From the NCBI GenBank assembly GCA_041665345.1, contig JBAYJA010000001.1, positions 602,522 through 666,521 on the forward strand: a stretch of 64,000 bases of DNA, read 5' to 3'. The DNA is from Patescibacteria group bacterium. Its GTDB lineage: Bacteria; Patescibacteriota; Patescibacteriia; PEXW01. Every line of letters starts with the position of its first letter. Position 1 is the stretch's first letter. This document shows positions 42,611 to 52,624 of this stretch, piece by piece. The notes under the pieces were generated by a model. It worked only from the letters and a program-made list of their open reading frames with translations. It was not told the origin of the DNA and did not search any database. The translations under genes and the position numbers were made by a program.

Positions 42611-44718
42611 ACGAGCGTCCGAACAGCTTTGACGAATTGCGCACCCCGGTCAAATTCATTCCGGAACAGTCCAAAGCTGGCTGCCCCAGGAGAAAGCAGA
42701 ACTATATCCCCAGACTGAGCGTGCTTCTGCGCTTCTCGGACTGCACGAGGCATCGAATTGACCAGCTGGTGACGGACCCGCAAGGCTGGCAACATTTTCT
42801 GCGTGGCTGAACCGGGTAAGAGCACCACAAACTTTGCCGACGCATTCAGTGCTCGGATGAGTGGCTGTAAAGGGAAATGCTTGTCTGTTCCTCCGGCAAT
42901 GACAACACATTTTTTAGGGAAAGCACTCCGAATACTCATGGCCGCAGCTTCCGGGTTGGTTGCGGTCGTGTCGTTGATCCAGGTGACGCCGCGGTGCTGG
43001 CGGACGGTTTGAAAACGTTCAGGTACCCCAGGAAAAGTCTGCAAACTTTTCGCAATGGTTGCGGGGGCAATGCCAAGCGCACGAGCAGCTAAGGCGGCAA
43101 TCATTGCATTTTGCCAAAATGCTGGGTGCGCCACCGCTAATTTTCGCACTGCCACTAGCCTTTCAACCCGAGCACCAAGTTTTACCATAATCCAGCCACG
43201 GTCGAGCCAGGCATGGGCCCGAGCCTGTGGCTTGGCGGCAAACCACAGCACACGTGCCCGAGTTTGTTTGGCAAACTGCTGCGCCGCTGGATTATCCAAA
43301 GGCAAAAGCAGAAAATCCTTTTTGGTTTGTCCACGAGTAATGAGCTGCTTCGCTGCAAGGTACGGACGCATGCTGCCATACCGGTTCAGGTGGTCTGGAA
43401 AAAGGCTGGTCACAATGCCAATGCGCGGTGCTAAGGGCATGGCCTGCGTATCTTCCAACTGAAAAGAAGACACCTCCAGCACCACTCGCGTGCGCCCATC
43501 AAATGCCTGCGGAAAAGCCAGGGGCGATACCCCAACATTTCCCGCCAGCACAGTCTTGGGCAAATGACGCCGAAGGATGTGCGCCAGCATGGACGCGGTC
43601 GTGGTTTTTCCTTTCGTACCCGTTACCACATACACAGGGTTCTGGCTATGACTGCGGAAAAGCCCAAGGTCACCAATAATCAGCGCACCTTTTTTCCTGG
43701 CCGCACGCAGGGCTGGATGGTCTGGCCGGACGCCTGGATTTTTGATAATCACCTCAGCATTTGCAAGCAATGCACTGGGATTTTTTTTCCCAAAAGCGTA
43801 CTGCACTGGCAGGCCTCGGAGGTTGAGCAAAACTTGAGTAAAATCTTTGCGCGGTCGAGCATCAACAACGCTCACCTGTGCATGATTTGCAACCGCGTAG
43901 CGTACGCTCGCTTCTCCCCCACCCTGGACACCCAAACCAAAGACCGCAACTTTTCGACCTCGGAGATCTGTGGGTACTGACGTGCGGGAGATAATGGACA
44001 AGGTGTTGGTCTTCGTCTCCCCGTCCCGCCGAAAAGAAGGGAGAGCACTGGTTTCATGCGTGCATGGTGCCTTTGTGTCAATATTCGCTTTTCGCACGCC
44101 CATGGCAACCAACTGCCGAACCACCCCAGCCCGTAGGTCAACCAGCCCACCGCGCGCTGTGGGTTGAACACTCCCGCGCAGGGCTTTCCGGATAATTTGC
44201 AAACGTTTCTTATTGGTCACCTCGTAGCATCTTCCACAAATGGACGGCCCCAACCATACCCGCACTTTTTTTGGCTTAACCCCTTGGCGTTTGAGAAGCA
44301 TGATCACCTCAGCCGCAATATTTTTCACTGCACCTTTCCAACCTACATGGAGGAGGCCAACCCAGCCCGTTTCTGGTTCAGCCAGGAAAACTGGGATGCA
44401 ATCAGCAGTAAAAACCCCAAGGGCAATATTCGGCCGCTGTGTCAGGAGCCCGTCCGTTGCCGGCAAGTAGGTTTTAGGCGCCAGCACCCCGGCGCCAATA
44501 TCATGATCAGTAACAATGCGCACCCGTTGTCCATGCACTTGTCGGCCGAGCACTAGCCGGTCAACAACAATCCCAACGGCTTTCCCAAACGCTCGCCGCT
44601 GCGCCAGCACCTTTTGCCGCGGGTTTGCCCGGAAAGTCAACGGCAAAAAGCCTCTGGCGGCGGTGCCAAACTGAATTCCTGGGAGCTGCGCTAGTTTTGC
44701 TGAACGAAAAACCTCCAT
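42607..44718 (-). CDS. murD: PgeF(YfiH)-MurD fusion protein
   Basis: First ~245 aa: QVHG, TDGLLT, TADCIPV, HVGWKG, GPSI; remainder: VAVFGLG, VTGTKGKTTT, GNVG, LEVSSFQL, PDHLNRY, NDTTATN, LSPGAASF...RG. Confidence 0.93.
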   Translation of the reverse strand: MEVFRSAKLAQLPGIQFGTAARGFLPLTFRANPRQKVLAQRRAFGKAVGIVVDRLVLGRQVHGQRVRIVTDHDIGAGVLAPKTYLPATDGLLTQRPNIALGVFTADCIPVFLAEPETGWVGLLHVGWKGAVKNIAAEVIMLLKRQGVKPKKVRVWLGPSICGRCYEVTNKKRLQIIRKALRGSVQPTARGGLVDLRAGVVRQLVAMGVRKANIDTKAPCTHETSALPSFRRDGETKTNTLSIISRTSVPTDLRGRKVAVFGLGVQGGGEASVRYAVANHAQVSVVDARPRKDFTQVLLNLRGLPVQYAFGKKNPSALLANAEVIIKNPGVRPDHPALRAARKKGALIIGDLGLFRSHSQNPVYVVTGTKGKTTTASMLAHILRRHLPKTVLAGNVGVSPLAFPQAFDGRTRVVLEVSSFQLEDTQAMPLAPRIGIVTSLFPDHLNRYGSMRPYLAAKQLITRGQTKKDFLLLPLDNPAAQQFAKQTRARVLWFAAKPQARAHAWLDRGWIMVKLGARVERLVAVRKLAVAHPAFWQNAMIAALAARALGIAPATIAKSLQTFPGVPERFQTVRQHRGVTWINDTTATNPEAAAMSIRSAFPKKCVVIAGGTDKHFPLQPLIRALNASAKFVVLLPGSATQKMLPALRVRHQLVNSMPRAVREAQKHAQSGDIVLLSPGAASFGLFRNEFDRGAQFVKAVRTLV

Positions 44719-44775
44719 ACCTGCAGAATAGCATATGCTTTTCCTCCCCTGCGAATGGTACGGCGAAGCGTGGTT

Positions 44776-45822
44776 CTAACCCCGCTCCACCAGGAAGAGC
44801 ACAATGCCCAGCACGCAGAACACCCCCGCGATGACCCAGAAACGCATGACGATTTTTGCTTCGGGCCAGCCTTTGGCTTCCAGGTGGTGATGGAATGGAG
44901 CCGACAGAAAAACTTTTTTCTTGCGAAAGCGTTTCGATAGAAGCTGAATAATGACGCTGACAGACTCGAGAACGAAAAGGATGCCAATGACGGGGAGCAA
45001 AAAAACCTCATTGGTGAGCATGGCTAAAATGCCAAGGGTCACACCGAGAGACATGGCACCGGTATCGCCCATGAAGAAGCGCGCCGGCGGTATGTTGAAC
45101 CATAAGAAAGCAAGCAATGCACCCACCACCACGGCCGTGAACGTAGCTAACTCAAACCGACCCTGGGCAAATGCAATGGCGCCAAAGGCCGTAAACGCGG
45201 CGAGTAACGTTCCCCCTGAGAGCCCATCTAAACCATCAATTTCATTCACCGAAAAAGCTGTGGAAACAATGACAAAAATGAAGAGCGGGAAGTACCACCA
45301 CCCAATGGCAAAATTACCAAAAAATGGAACGTGAATTGTATCAAAATCGAGTTTAAAAAAGAACCACCAAGCACCTATGAGTGCAATCGCGGTGTAAATG
45401 AGCACTTTATGCCGGACCTGCAGCCCCCCGCCCTTCGGCCCCCACCCGCGGACATTGAAGTAGTCATCCACCAAGCCAACCAGAGCCGAAGCCACAAGTG
45501 TCGCTAATGGCAACCAGGTTTGCTGACGGGTGAGAAAATTAAGATCATGCCAAAACCCGCTGGGCACAACTTGCCGCAGCACAAAGAAGAACACTGCAAA
45601 GAGTGCAACCGTAAACCAAATAAGCACGCCACCCATGGTTGGCGTTCCAGCTTTTTTCTTATGGAACTGCGCAAATACTGGCGCATCAGTCGTGGCCCGA
45701 ATTTTTTTCCCCAAGCGATACTTGTACAGGATACTTGCCCAGAGCGGCGTTAATCCCATGGTAAATGCAAACGCCAACGTTGCAAGCAGAAGAATGCGAA
45801 TAATCGGAAAGAGGTCGGTCAT
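44776..45822 (-). CDS. mraY: Phospho-MurNAc-pentapeptide transferase
   Basis: KAGTPTMGG, DDY, DGLDGL, FMGDTG, APFHHHLE..GWPE; start at MTDLF. Confidence 0.97.
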   Translation of the reverse strand: MTDLFPIIRILLLATLAFAFTMGLTPLWASILYKYRLGKKIRATTDAPVFAQFHKKKAGTPTMGGVLIWFTVALFAVFFFVLRQVVPSGFWHDLNFLTRQQTWLPLATLVASALVGLVDDYFNVRGWGPKGGGLQVRHKVLIYTAIALIGAWWFFFKLDFDTIHVPFFGNFAIGWWYFPLFIFVIVSTAFSVNEIDGLDGLSGGTLLAAFTAFGAIAFAQGRFELATFTAVVVGALLAFLWFNIPPARFFMGDTGAMSLGVTLGILAMLTNEVFLLPVIGILFVLESVSVIIQLLSKRFRKKKVFLSAPFHHHLEAKGWPEAKIVMRFWVIAGVFCVLGIVLFLVERG

Positions 45823-46187
45823 ACAACAATTTGCTGGAAGCGGAGCAAGAAGAGCACCCACAGGACACCAAGATTCACCATGCACGTGCCTGCAGAGAGT
45901 AGGGATGGGAGGTGCTGCGAACGTCGGTACACCCATGGCGCAAACCACAGCCACAGTCCCAAGGTAAGAATGCTCGCAATGAGCGGGAGGCTCCACAGTA
46001 GCCAACCCACCCCAATGCCGTCAATCCCATAGGGAATGCTATAATGGGTAACCACATTCGCACTACTGGGAGGAATACTGCTAACGACAATGAACCACGC
46101 CCCAACGAGCGCACCTGCACCAACGGCAAATCCAATGGTAACCCCACGACGCAATGCAACCACCCCAGCGAACGCTCGGTGGAACAT
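45819..46187 (-). CDS. Small membrane protein (DUF1648-like), start uncertain
   Basis: THYSIPYGIDGIG motif between TM helices; stop overlaps the mraY ATG (ATGA). Confidence 0.65.
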   Translation of the reverse strand: MFHRAFAGVVALRRGVTIGFAVGAGALVGAWFIVVSSIPPSSANVVTHYSIPYGIDGIGVGWLLWSLPLIASILTLGLWLWFAPWVYRRSQHLPSLLSAGTCMVNLGVLWVLFLLRFQQIVV

Positions 46188-47967
46188 TCCTCGTCCTCTT
46201 CGTTTGTGCATGGTTGGAAGTATGCTTTGCCTCATGGCGTTCTTGCAGTGTACCTCCATGCGGGGAGAAGTCCAAACCATTGACGAAGGTGCGCACCTGG
46301 CTGCCGGGATGAGCTACTGGCAAACCCGGGATTTCCGGCTCAATGAGGAACACCCACCACTCATCAAGCTTCTGGCCGGTGCCGCTGCCCTTACTGCCCG
46401 ACCCACACTCCCGTTTGACAATGCTTCGTGGAAGGAAGGGAACCAGTGGGCTTTCGCTCAAGACCTTCTGTACCACAGTGGTAATAATGCCGATGATCTC
46501 CTATTTCGAGGACGCGTACCGATGGTTGCGCTTAGTCTCCTTCTGGGTTGGGTTATCTACCTGTGGGCACGTCGCTTCGGGGGTGATATTGCCGGGCTCC
46601 TCGCTCTAGGTTGGTACATTTTTGACCCGAACTTCCTTGCGCATGGTCGGTACATTACCACCGATGTGCCAGTGGCTCTGGGCTTTGCAGCAACACTCTA
46701 CCTCCTCACGCGTTACATTTCGAAGGCAACGTGGAAGTACGGCGTGGCTTTCGGCGCCGTCTTTGCGTTGACGCAAGCAACAAAATTTTCTGCAATTATT
46801 CTGTGGCCAATCATTTTCTTCACCCCGCTCCTCTGGATGCTCTGGTCACCAGGGACACGTGGTCAGTGGCGGCTTGCGTGGCAACGCACGTACCGCACGC
46901 TTGGGTGGGCGATTGCCGGTATGGTGGTCATTATTCCTCTGGTCTACCTTGGCCAATTCCAAAAAGGCAGCCAAGACTCCTGGATTACCTGGGCCATGGA
47001 GGAGCGTGACCGCGTCGTGAGTTCCGAAGCAATGACCACGCAACCCCCAGCGGTGCAACGTCTCATCACGCTATCAGATCCAAGTACCAGTACAGGAAAA
47101 GTGGTTCGCAACATCCTTCTGAACACTCCCATCCCCGCTTGGTCGTACGGCAAGGGCTTGGCGCTGGTCATCAACCATGACTTCTGGGGACACCTTTCCT
47201 ACCTCAACGGTATGTACGGCAACAAAGGCTGGGTACAGTACTTCCCCATCACCTTCCTGGTCAAAACACCGTTTGCAACTCTCATCGTCTTTGCACTCGC
47301 GATTGTCGCGGGTTTGGTTGCAGCCAGAAAAAAACTGCTGCAACTGCCTCCAGCTTTCTGGGTACTGAGTGGTAGCGCAATCCTCTACTTCGCCTGGAGT
47401 CTCACTAGTCACATCAACCTGGGGCAACGGCACATTTTCCCGGTCTACCCTGCAGTGTTCGTGACCATTGGTCTGTTTCTTGCCGCGGTTGTCCAGCAGC
47501 ACCGCCGCTGGCTCACCTGGCTGTTTGCCAGCATCACCGGTCTGTACCTACTCACCAGTCTGCTCACCTACCCTGCGTATACTTCCTACTTTTCCGAAGT
47601 CATTGGCGGCACTGCCAACGGCCCGCGCTACCTGGTGGATTCAAACATTGACTGGGGGCAAGATGTGAAACGTTTACAAACGTACATGGAGGAAAAGCAA
47701 ATACCTTTCGTTTGCATGAGCTACTTCGGCCAAGCAAATTTGGTCTACTACGGCTTGGACTTCCGGTACCTCCCAACCAAAGCTGACCGACACGATCCTG
47801 CCGCAGTAAATTGTGCAGTTGCAATTAGCGTTACGAGTCTCCTGGCACAGGATGGTGACTACTGGTGGCTGCGGCAGTACGAACCCGATGCACGTATTGG
47901 TGGGTCGCTCTACGTGTACGATTTCCGCAACGGCCGATCACCGCAGCTGGCAGCAAATCCGCTGTAA
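46090..47967 (+). CDS. GT-C (GT39/ArnT/PMT-like) glycosyltransferase, start uncertain (46090-46210)
   Basis: TIDEGAHL, NEEHPPLIK, HGRYITTD, TKFS, RH, DSNIDWGQD; many TM helices. Confidence 0.88.
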   Translation: MNHAPTSAPAPTANPMVTPRRNATTPANARWNIPRPLRLCMVGSMLCLMAFLQCTSMRGEVQTIDEGAHLAAGMSYWQTRDFRLNEEHPPLIKLLAGAAALTARPTLPFDNASWKEGNQWAFAQDLLYHSGNNADDLLFRGRVPMVALSLLLGWVIYLWARRFGGDIAGLLALGWYIFDPNFLAHGRYITTDVPVALGFAATLYLLTRYISKATWKYGVAFGAVFALTQATKFSAIILWPIIFFTPLLWMLWSPGTRGQWRLAWQRTYRTLGWAIAGMVVIIPLVYLGQFQKGSQDSWITWAMEERDRVVSSEAMTTQPPAVQRLITLSDPSTSTGKVVRNILLNTPIPAWSYGKGLALVINHDFWGHLSYLNGMYGNKGWVQYFPITFLVKTPFATLIVFALAIVAGLVAARKKLLQLPPAFWVLSGSAILYFAWSLTSHINLGQRHIFPVYPAVFVTIGLFLAAVVQQHRRWLTWLFASITGLYLLTSLLTYPAYTSYFSEVIGGTANGPRYLVDSNIDWGQDVKRLQTYMEEKQIPFVCMSYFGQANLVYYGLDFRYLPTKADRHDPAAVNCAVAISVTSLLAQDGDYWWLRQYEPDARIGGSLYVYDFRNGRSPQLAANPL

Positions 47968-48003
47968 TTTTTTAATACCGCGCTTGGTGAAAAGTAGCTT
48001 TTT

Positions 48004-48012
48004 TGGTATAAT
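48004..48012 (+). promoter_or_regulatory. Extended -10 promoter of the pil operon
   Basis: TGgTATAAT at 48004-48012. Confidence 0.65.
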
Positions 48013-48047
48013 CATTTCACCATGCTGCAAACAAACGGCCAATAATA

Positions 48048-49775
48048 ATGAAAACGGAAATTCTCACCAAACTCATTACAGAGGCCAATTTGCTTCCAGT
48101 ACAGTCCTTACTGGATGCGCAAAAAGCTGCGGATGCAAACCATACCCCCTTGGAGCAATACCTAGTGGAGGAAAATGTCGTATCCGAGAATGTACTATAC
48201 GAGGCAATTGCAAATTACTACCGGCTGCCATTTACTGACCTGAAGCAGAGTACTATCCGCAAAGATGTGCTGAATTTAGTTCCCGAACCTCTGGTGCAGG
48301 TCCACCAAGTGGTGGCTTTTGACAGTGACGCGAAAACGATTAAACTTGCAACGCTTGACCCGCGTGACCTGCAAACGTTTGAATTTATCAAGAAAAAAAC
48401 TGGTCTCACGCCTGAGTTGTCCATCACCACCCCTTCCAGCATCAAGAATGCCATTAGCCAGTACCACAAAGGCATGTCCGCAAAGTTTAAGGAGATTGCT
48501 GAGGAAACGGAAGCCAAAGATGCTGGGGGAGCGAAAGAGTTGACTGAGCTTGCCGAAGATTTGCCCATCATCCGGATTGTGGACAGCATGCTGGAGTATG
48601 CCATTTTCGAAAGTGCATCTGACATTCACCTGGAGCCCCAAGAAAAGGACTTAAGCGTTCGCTACCGCATTGACGGCCGGCTGAAGCAAGTGATGACCCT
48701 GCCAAAAGCTGTGCAGTCCGGGATTATTGCGCGCATCAAAATCCTTTCCAACCTAAAAATTGACGAGCACCGCTTACCCCAGGATGGACGCTTTACCATT
48801 ACGACGAAAGACTACAAGGTGGCTTTTCGGGTTTCCATTCTCCCCGTGTACGATGGGGAAAAAGCCGTCCTGCGCATCCTCAACGAATCCGCCCAAGTAC
48901 TGACCATGGAACAGCTTGGCTTGCAGCCCGGCCCCTTGGACATTCTCAAGCGAAACATTCAAAAACCGCACGGTATCATCCTGGTTACCGGGCCAACTGG
49001 TTCTGGGAAAACCACGACGCTCTACACCGTCCTGAACATTTTGAATAAGCCCGAAGTGAATATCTCCACGGTGGAAGACCCAATTGAGTATCGCATGCCC
49101 CGGGTAAACCAAAGCCAGGTGAATCCCAAAATTGGCTTCACGTTTGCTGGCGGCTTACGCTCACTCCTCCGCCAAGACCCAAACATCATCATGGTGGGGG
49201 AAATTCGGGACAATGAAACCGCGGAAATTGCCGCAAACGCCGCGATGACTGGGCACTTGGTCCTTTCCACCCTGCACACCAACGATGCCGTTACCGCCTT
49301 GCCTCGGCTGGGGGAAATGGGTGTCCCCTCTTTCCTCATTGCGTCCACGACAAACATCATCATGGCCCAGCGTTTGGTACGCAAAATTTGCCTGCACTGC
49401 ATCCAAAGTTACACATTGTCGGAAGCAGCCGTGCAGGATCTGCAGAAGCATTTCAACATTGACTTCATTCTCAAAACTCTGGAACGCGAGGGCGCCATTG
49501 TCTCTGCCAAAGCTCCCATTGCCTCACTCCTGTTCTACCGTGGCAAAGGCTGCAAGCAGTGCAACCACGAAGGGTACAAAGGCCGCATTGGTATTTACGA
49601 AGTTTTGGAGGTTACCCACAGCGTTGCTGACCTGATTTTGAACAAAGGCACCACCGAAGATCTCCGCCGCGCAGCCCAGGAGCAAGGCATGCTCACCATG
49701 GCGGAAGATGGTTTCATCAAAGCAAAATTCGGCATCACCACCATTGAGGAAGTCCTCCGCGTTACCAAAGAGTAA
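48048..49775 (+). CDS. pilB: Type IV pilus assembly ATPase PilB (GspE family)
   Basis: ASDIHLEP, RLPQDGR, GPTGSGKT, EDPIEY, LRQDP.IIMVGEIRD, STLHTN, CLHC/CKQC. Confidence 0.95.
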   Translation: MKTEILTKLITEANLLPVQSLLDAQKAADANHTPLEQYLVEENVVSENVLYEAIANYYRLPFTDLKQSTIRKDVLNLVPEPLVQVHQVVAFDSDAKTIKLATLDPRDLQTFEFIKKKTGLTPELSITTPSSIKNAISQYHKGMSAKFKEIAEETEAKDAGGAKELTELAEDLPIIRIVDSMLEYAIFESASDIHLEPQEKDLSVRYRIDGRLKQVMTLPKAVQSGIIARIKILSNLKIDEHRLPQDGRFTITTKDYKVAFRVSILPVYDGEKAVLRILNESAQVLTMEQLGLQPGPLDILKRNIQKPHGIILVTGPTGSGKTTTLYTVLNILNKPEVNISTVEDPIEYRMPRVNQSQVNPKIGFTFAGGLRSLLRQDPNIIMVGEIRDNETAEIAANAAMTGHLVLSTLHTNDAVTALPRLGEMGVPSFLIASTTNIIMAQRLVRKICLHCIQSYTLSEAAVQDLQKHFNIDFILKTLEREGAIVSAKAPIASLLFYRGKGCKQCNHEGYKGRIGIYEVLEVTHSVADLILNKGTTEDLRRAAQEQGMLTMAEDGFIKAKFGITTIEEVLRVTKE

Positions 49776-49784
49776 ACCACTAGT

Positions 49785-51005
49785 ATGCCAACCTTTGCGT
49801 ACACTGCCCGCGCTACCAACGGTGCCACCACCTCTGGGACGTTGGAAGCAAAAGATGAAAAATTCCTAGCCGCGGTCCTCAACGTTCGCGGACTTGCATT
49901 GCTCAACGCACACCAGGCTGAAGCAAAGAGTGGGAAGAAAAAATTTAGCCTGAATATTTCTTTTGGTGGGGTTCCCATTGTCCAGAAAATTTTCTTCTTG
50001 CAGAATTTGCAAGTGATGGTCCGAACCGGTTTCTCCCTTGGGCACGCGCTCGATACCCTTGCCCTGCAAACGGAGCATAAAATGTTCCGGGGGATTATTC
50101 AGGAACTCAGCCACGATGTTGAGGCGGGCACGACGCTTTCCGCAGCCATGGGCAAGCACCCCAAGGTTTTTACGGAGCTGTTCACCAACATGATTGCAGC
50201 TGGTGAAGTGTCAGGTAAATTAGAGGAAGTGCTGAAGCGACTGACTATTCAAATTAAGAAGCAGCACCAACTTGTTTCAAAAATCAAGGGTGCACTCACC
50301 TACCCCATCATTGTGGTTTCCGCCATGGTTGTTCTCGGCGTGGTCATGATGGTTGCGGTGCTCCCCAAACTCCTTACGGTATTTGATCAATCTGGCGGCG
50401 TGCTCCCGCTGCCGACACGCATTCTCATTGCCATCTCCAATTTTCTGCAACACAACTTGGTGTACGTCATCATTGGCGCGATTATCGTGGTCTTCACCTT
50501 CCGCTGGGCGGTGAAAAAGGGCAAGGGCCGTGCGTACTGGCATAGCTTTTTGCTGCAGCTGCCAATCCTGGCGCCAATCATGAAGAAAATTAACTTAGCA
50601 AAGTTTACCCGAAACTTAAGTTCACTCCTCAAAACCGACATCCCGATTGTGCAAACGTTTCAAATTATTTCCAAAACCTTGGGGAACGATAGCTACCGAC
50701 GCGCACTGGAGCACACGGCCGAGATGCTGAAGAAAGGTGCAAATATATCAAAAGTCCTTGCTCAGTCTCCCAAACTTTTTCCGCCCATTGTCGTGCAAAT
50801 GATTGCCGTGGGTGAAGAAAGTGGTACGCTGGATACAATCTCCGAAGAAATTGCAAACTTCTACGAAGAAGACGTTGACCAAATCATGTCTAACCTGACG
50901 TCTATCTTAGAACCAATTCTCATTCTCCTGCTGGGCGCGGGTGTTGCAGGCATGGTGGTTGCCGTAATTTTGCCTATTTACTCCCTCAGTGATCAAATAA
51001 CCTAA
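49785..51005 (+). CDS. pilC: Type IV pilus platform protein PilC (GspF family)
   Basis: AGEVSGKL, GALTYP, LPLPTRIL, VGEESGTL, LEP. Confidence 0.95.
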   Translation: MPTFAYTARATNGATTSGTLEAKDEKFLAAVLNVRGLALLNAHQAEAKSGKKKFSLNISFGGVPIVQKIFFLQNLQVMVRTGFSLGHALDTLALQTEHKMFRGIIQELSHDVEAGTTLSAAMGKHPKVFTELFTNMIAAGEVSGKLEEVLKRLTIQIKKQHQLVSKIKGALTYPIIVVSAMVVLGVVMMVAVLPKLLTVFDQSGGVLPLPTRILIAISNFLQHNLVYVIIGAIIVVFTFRWAVKKGKGRAYWHSFLLQLPILAPIMKKINLAKFTRNLSSLLKTDIPIVQTFQIISKTLGNDSYRRALEHTAEMLKKGANISKVLAQSPKLFPPIVVQMIAVGEESGTLDTISEEIANFYEEDVDQIMSNLTSILEPILILLLGAGVAGMVVAVILPIYSLSDQIT

Positions 51006-51008
51006 TCC

Positions 51009-52091
51009 ATGTCGCTACTTCACCCCTTCAAACATGCAATGGGCATAGATATCAGCGACCAGGTGTTGCGGATGGTGCAACTTGCACCAGCCCGTAAAGG
51101 GTACCGAGTTCGTTCGGTCAGCGCTCGCCCGGTTCCAGCAGAAGCTATTCAAGAAGGTGAAATTCGCCAACCTGAAGTAGTCGTGAACATTCTCCGAGAT
51201 CTGATCCGTCGGAGTGCACTGAAGCACCCAAATACGCGGGCTGCAGTGGTGTGCTTACCAGAACGAAAAACCTTTACCAAAATTATTGAAGTGCCAAACG
51301 TTGAAGACGCACAATTTACCGTGTCACTCCGTAATGCACTGGCAGAGCACATTCCACTCAATCTCGACGAAGCATTTGTTGACTGGCAACCCATTGGCTC
51401 AGCTGATCCAAAAGCAAAAACCAGGCGGGTTATTGTTGCCGTCGCTCCGCAATTGCTCATTGAGAGCTACGTTTCCGCACTGAAAGCAGTTGGCATTATC
51501 CCCATCGTTTTTGAACCAGAGTCAGCCGCACTCAGCCGAGTTGCCATTCCGTCATCAGCGGCGAAAGGCAGCCATCTGATTATTGATCTGGGCGCAACCC
51601 GAACTGGACTGATTATCACTGAGGGTGATCTGGTAGCCTACTCTTCTACCCTCCCACTCTCTGGAACTGGGCTAACAAGCATTTTACAGGCGAAGCTTAG
51701 CCTAACCACAGAACAAGCTGAGCAAGCGAAACGTTTATGCGGGCTGGATCCGCGGAAGGGCAAGGGCGCAGTACGAGAATTACTGGAACCTGAGTTAAAA
51801 CCATTACTGCAAAGAATTCTGGAAATCATTAGCTACTACGAGGAACATGCAACTGCTGTGCTGCATGTGGTAGACGTAACCCTGGTTGGTGGTGGGGCAG
51901 CTATGCTAGGTCTCCCTGAACTAATGCAGTCAACTCTCAGCCTCCCAGTGCACGCTGGTACCTGGCCAGCAAATATTCGGGTACCTTCAACTCAGCTGCA
52001 GGCAGTGGCAACCTCCTACCTCACAGCCTTGGGTCTTGCGCTCCGTGGTGCCTCCGCGCATGCCTGGCGGAATGGGAATAACGACCTATGA
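51009..52091 (+). CDS. pilM: Type IV pilus assembly protein PilM
   Basis: GIDISD, EHIPL, IIDLGATRT, LVGGGA, ALGLALRG (actin-like fold). Confidence 0.92.
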   Translation: MSLLHPFKHAMGIDISDQVLRMVQLAPARKGYRVRSVSARPVPAEAIQEGEIRQPEVVVNILRDLIRRSALKHPNTRAAVVCLPERKTFTKIIEVPNVEDAQFTVSLRNALAEHIPLNLDEAFVDWQPIGSADPKAKTRRVIVAVAPQLLIESYVSALKAVGIIPIVFEPESAALSRVAIPSSAAKGSHLIIDLGATRTGLIITEGDLVAYSSTLPLSGTGLTSILQAKLSLTTEQAEQAKRLCGLDPRKGKGAVRELLEPELKPLLQRILEIISYYEEHATAVLHVVDVTLVGGGAAMLGLPELMQSTLSLPVHAGTWPANIRVPSTQLQAVATSYLTALGLALRGASAHAWRNGNNDL

Positions 52092-52624
52092 TGTTGCTCA
52101 ACCTCACCACTCCAGACCTTCGATCTGAAATTCGTACCCGGCTGACCATCGGTGTTATCCGCAGTACACTCGTCACCCTGTTGGTTATTGCGCTTCTTGC
52201 CATACTCATTTCTGGCACTGGCGTTGTGCTGTTGCAAATGAAGGCAAAGGACTTAGCAGCTGAAGCAAATCAATCCACGCTTTTGCTGCAAGCCCAAGGA
52301 CAATCCAGCATTGCCGAAACCACCCTCAAGCTCAATAGCCAAATTCTGGCTCTCCAAGGTGTGCAGAAGCGCTTTCAAAAATGGTCGCCAGTCATTGAAC
52401 AATTTGCAGCGCTCACCCCTGCAGGTGTGACTTTAGAAAGCTTGAGCATTAGCCAAGGAACCAACAAGCTTACCTTCAGCGGCACCGCAGCAACCCGAGA
52501 AGCGTATACGAACTACGAAAAAGTGTTGCAAAATAGCAGTATTGTGGCTGATGTGATTTTCCCATTGCAAACGAAACGAACTGACTTAGAATTTTCGCTC
52601 ACCGCGTCAATGAAGAAGCCATGA
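52088..52624 (+). CDS. pilN: PilN-like protein
   Basis: LNLTTP start, TM, coiled coil, TPAGVTLESL...FSGTA; follows pilM. Confidence 0.75.
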   Translation: MMLLNLTTPDLRSEIRTRLTIGVIRSTLVTLLVIALLAILISGTGVVLLQMKAKDLAAEANQSTLLLQAQGQSSIAETTLKLNSQILALQGVQKRFQKWSPVIEQFAALTPAGVTLESLSISQGTNKLTFSGTAATREAYTNYEKVLQNSSIVADVIFPLQTKRTDLEFSLTASMKKP

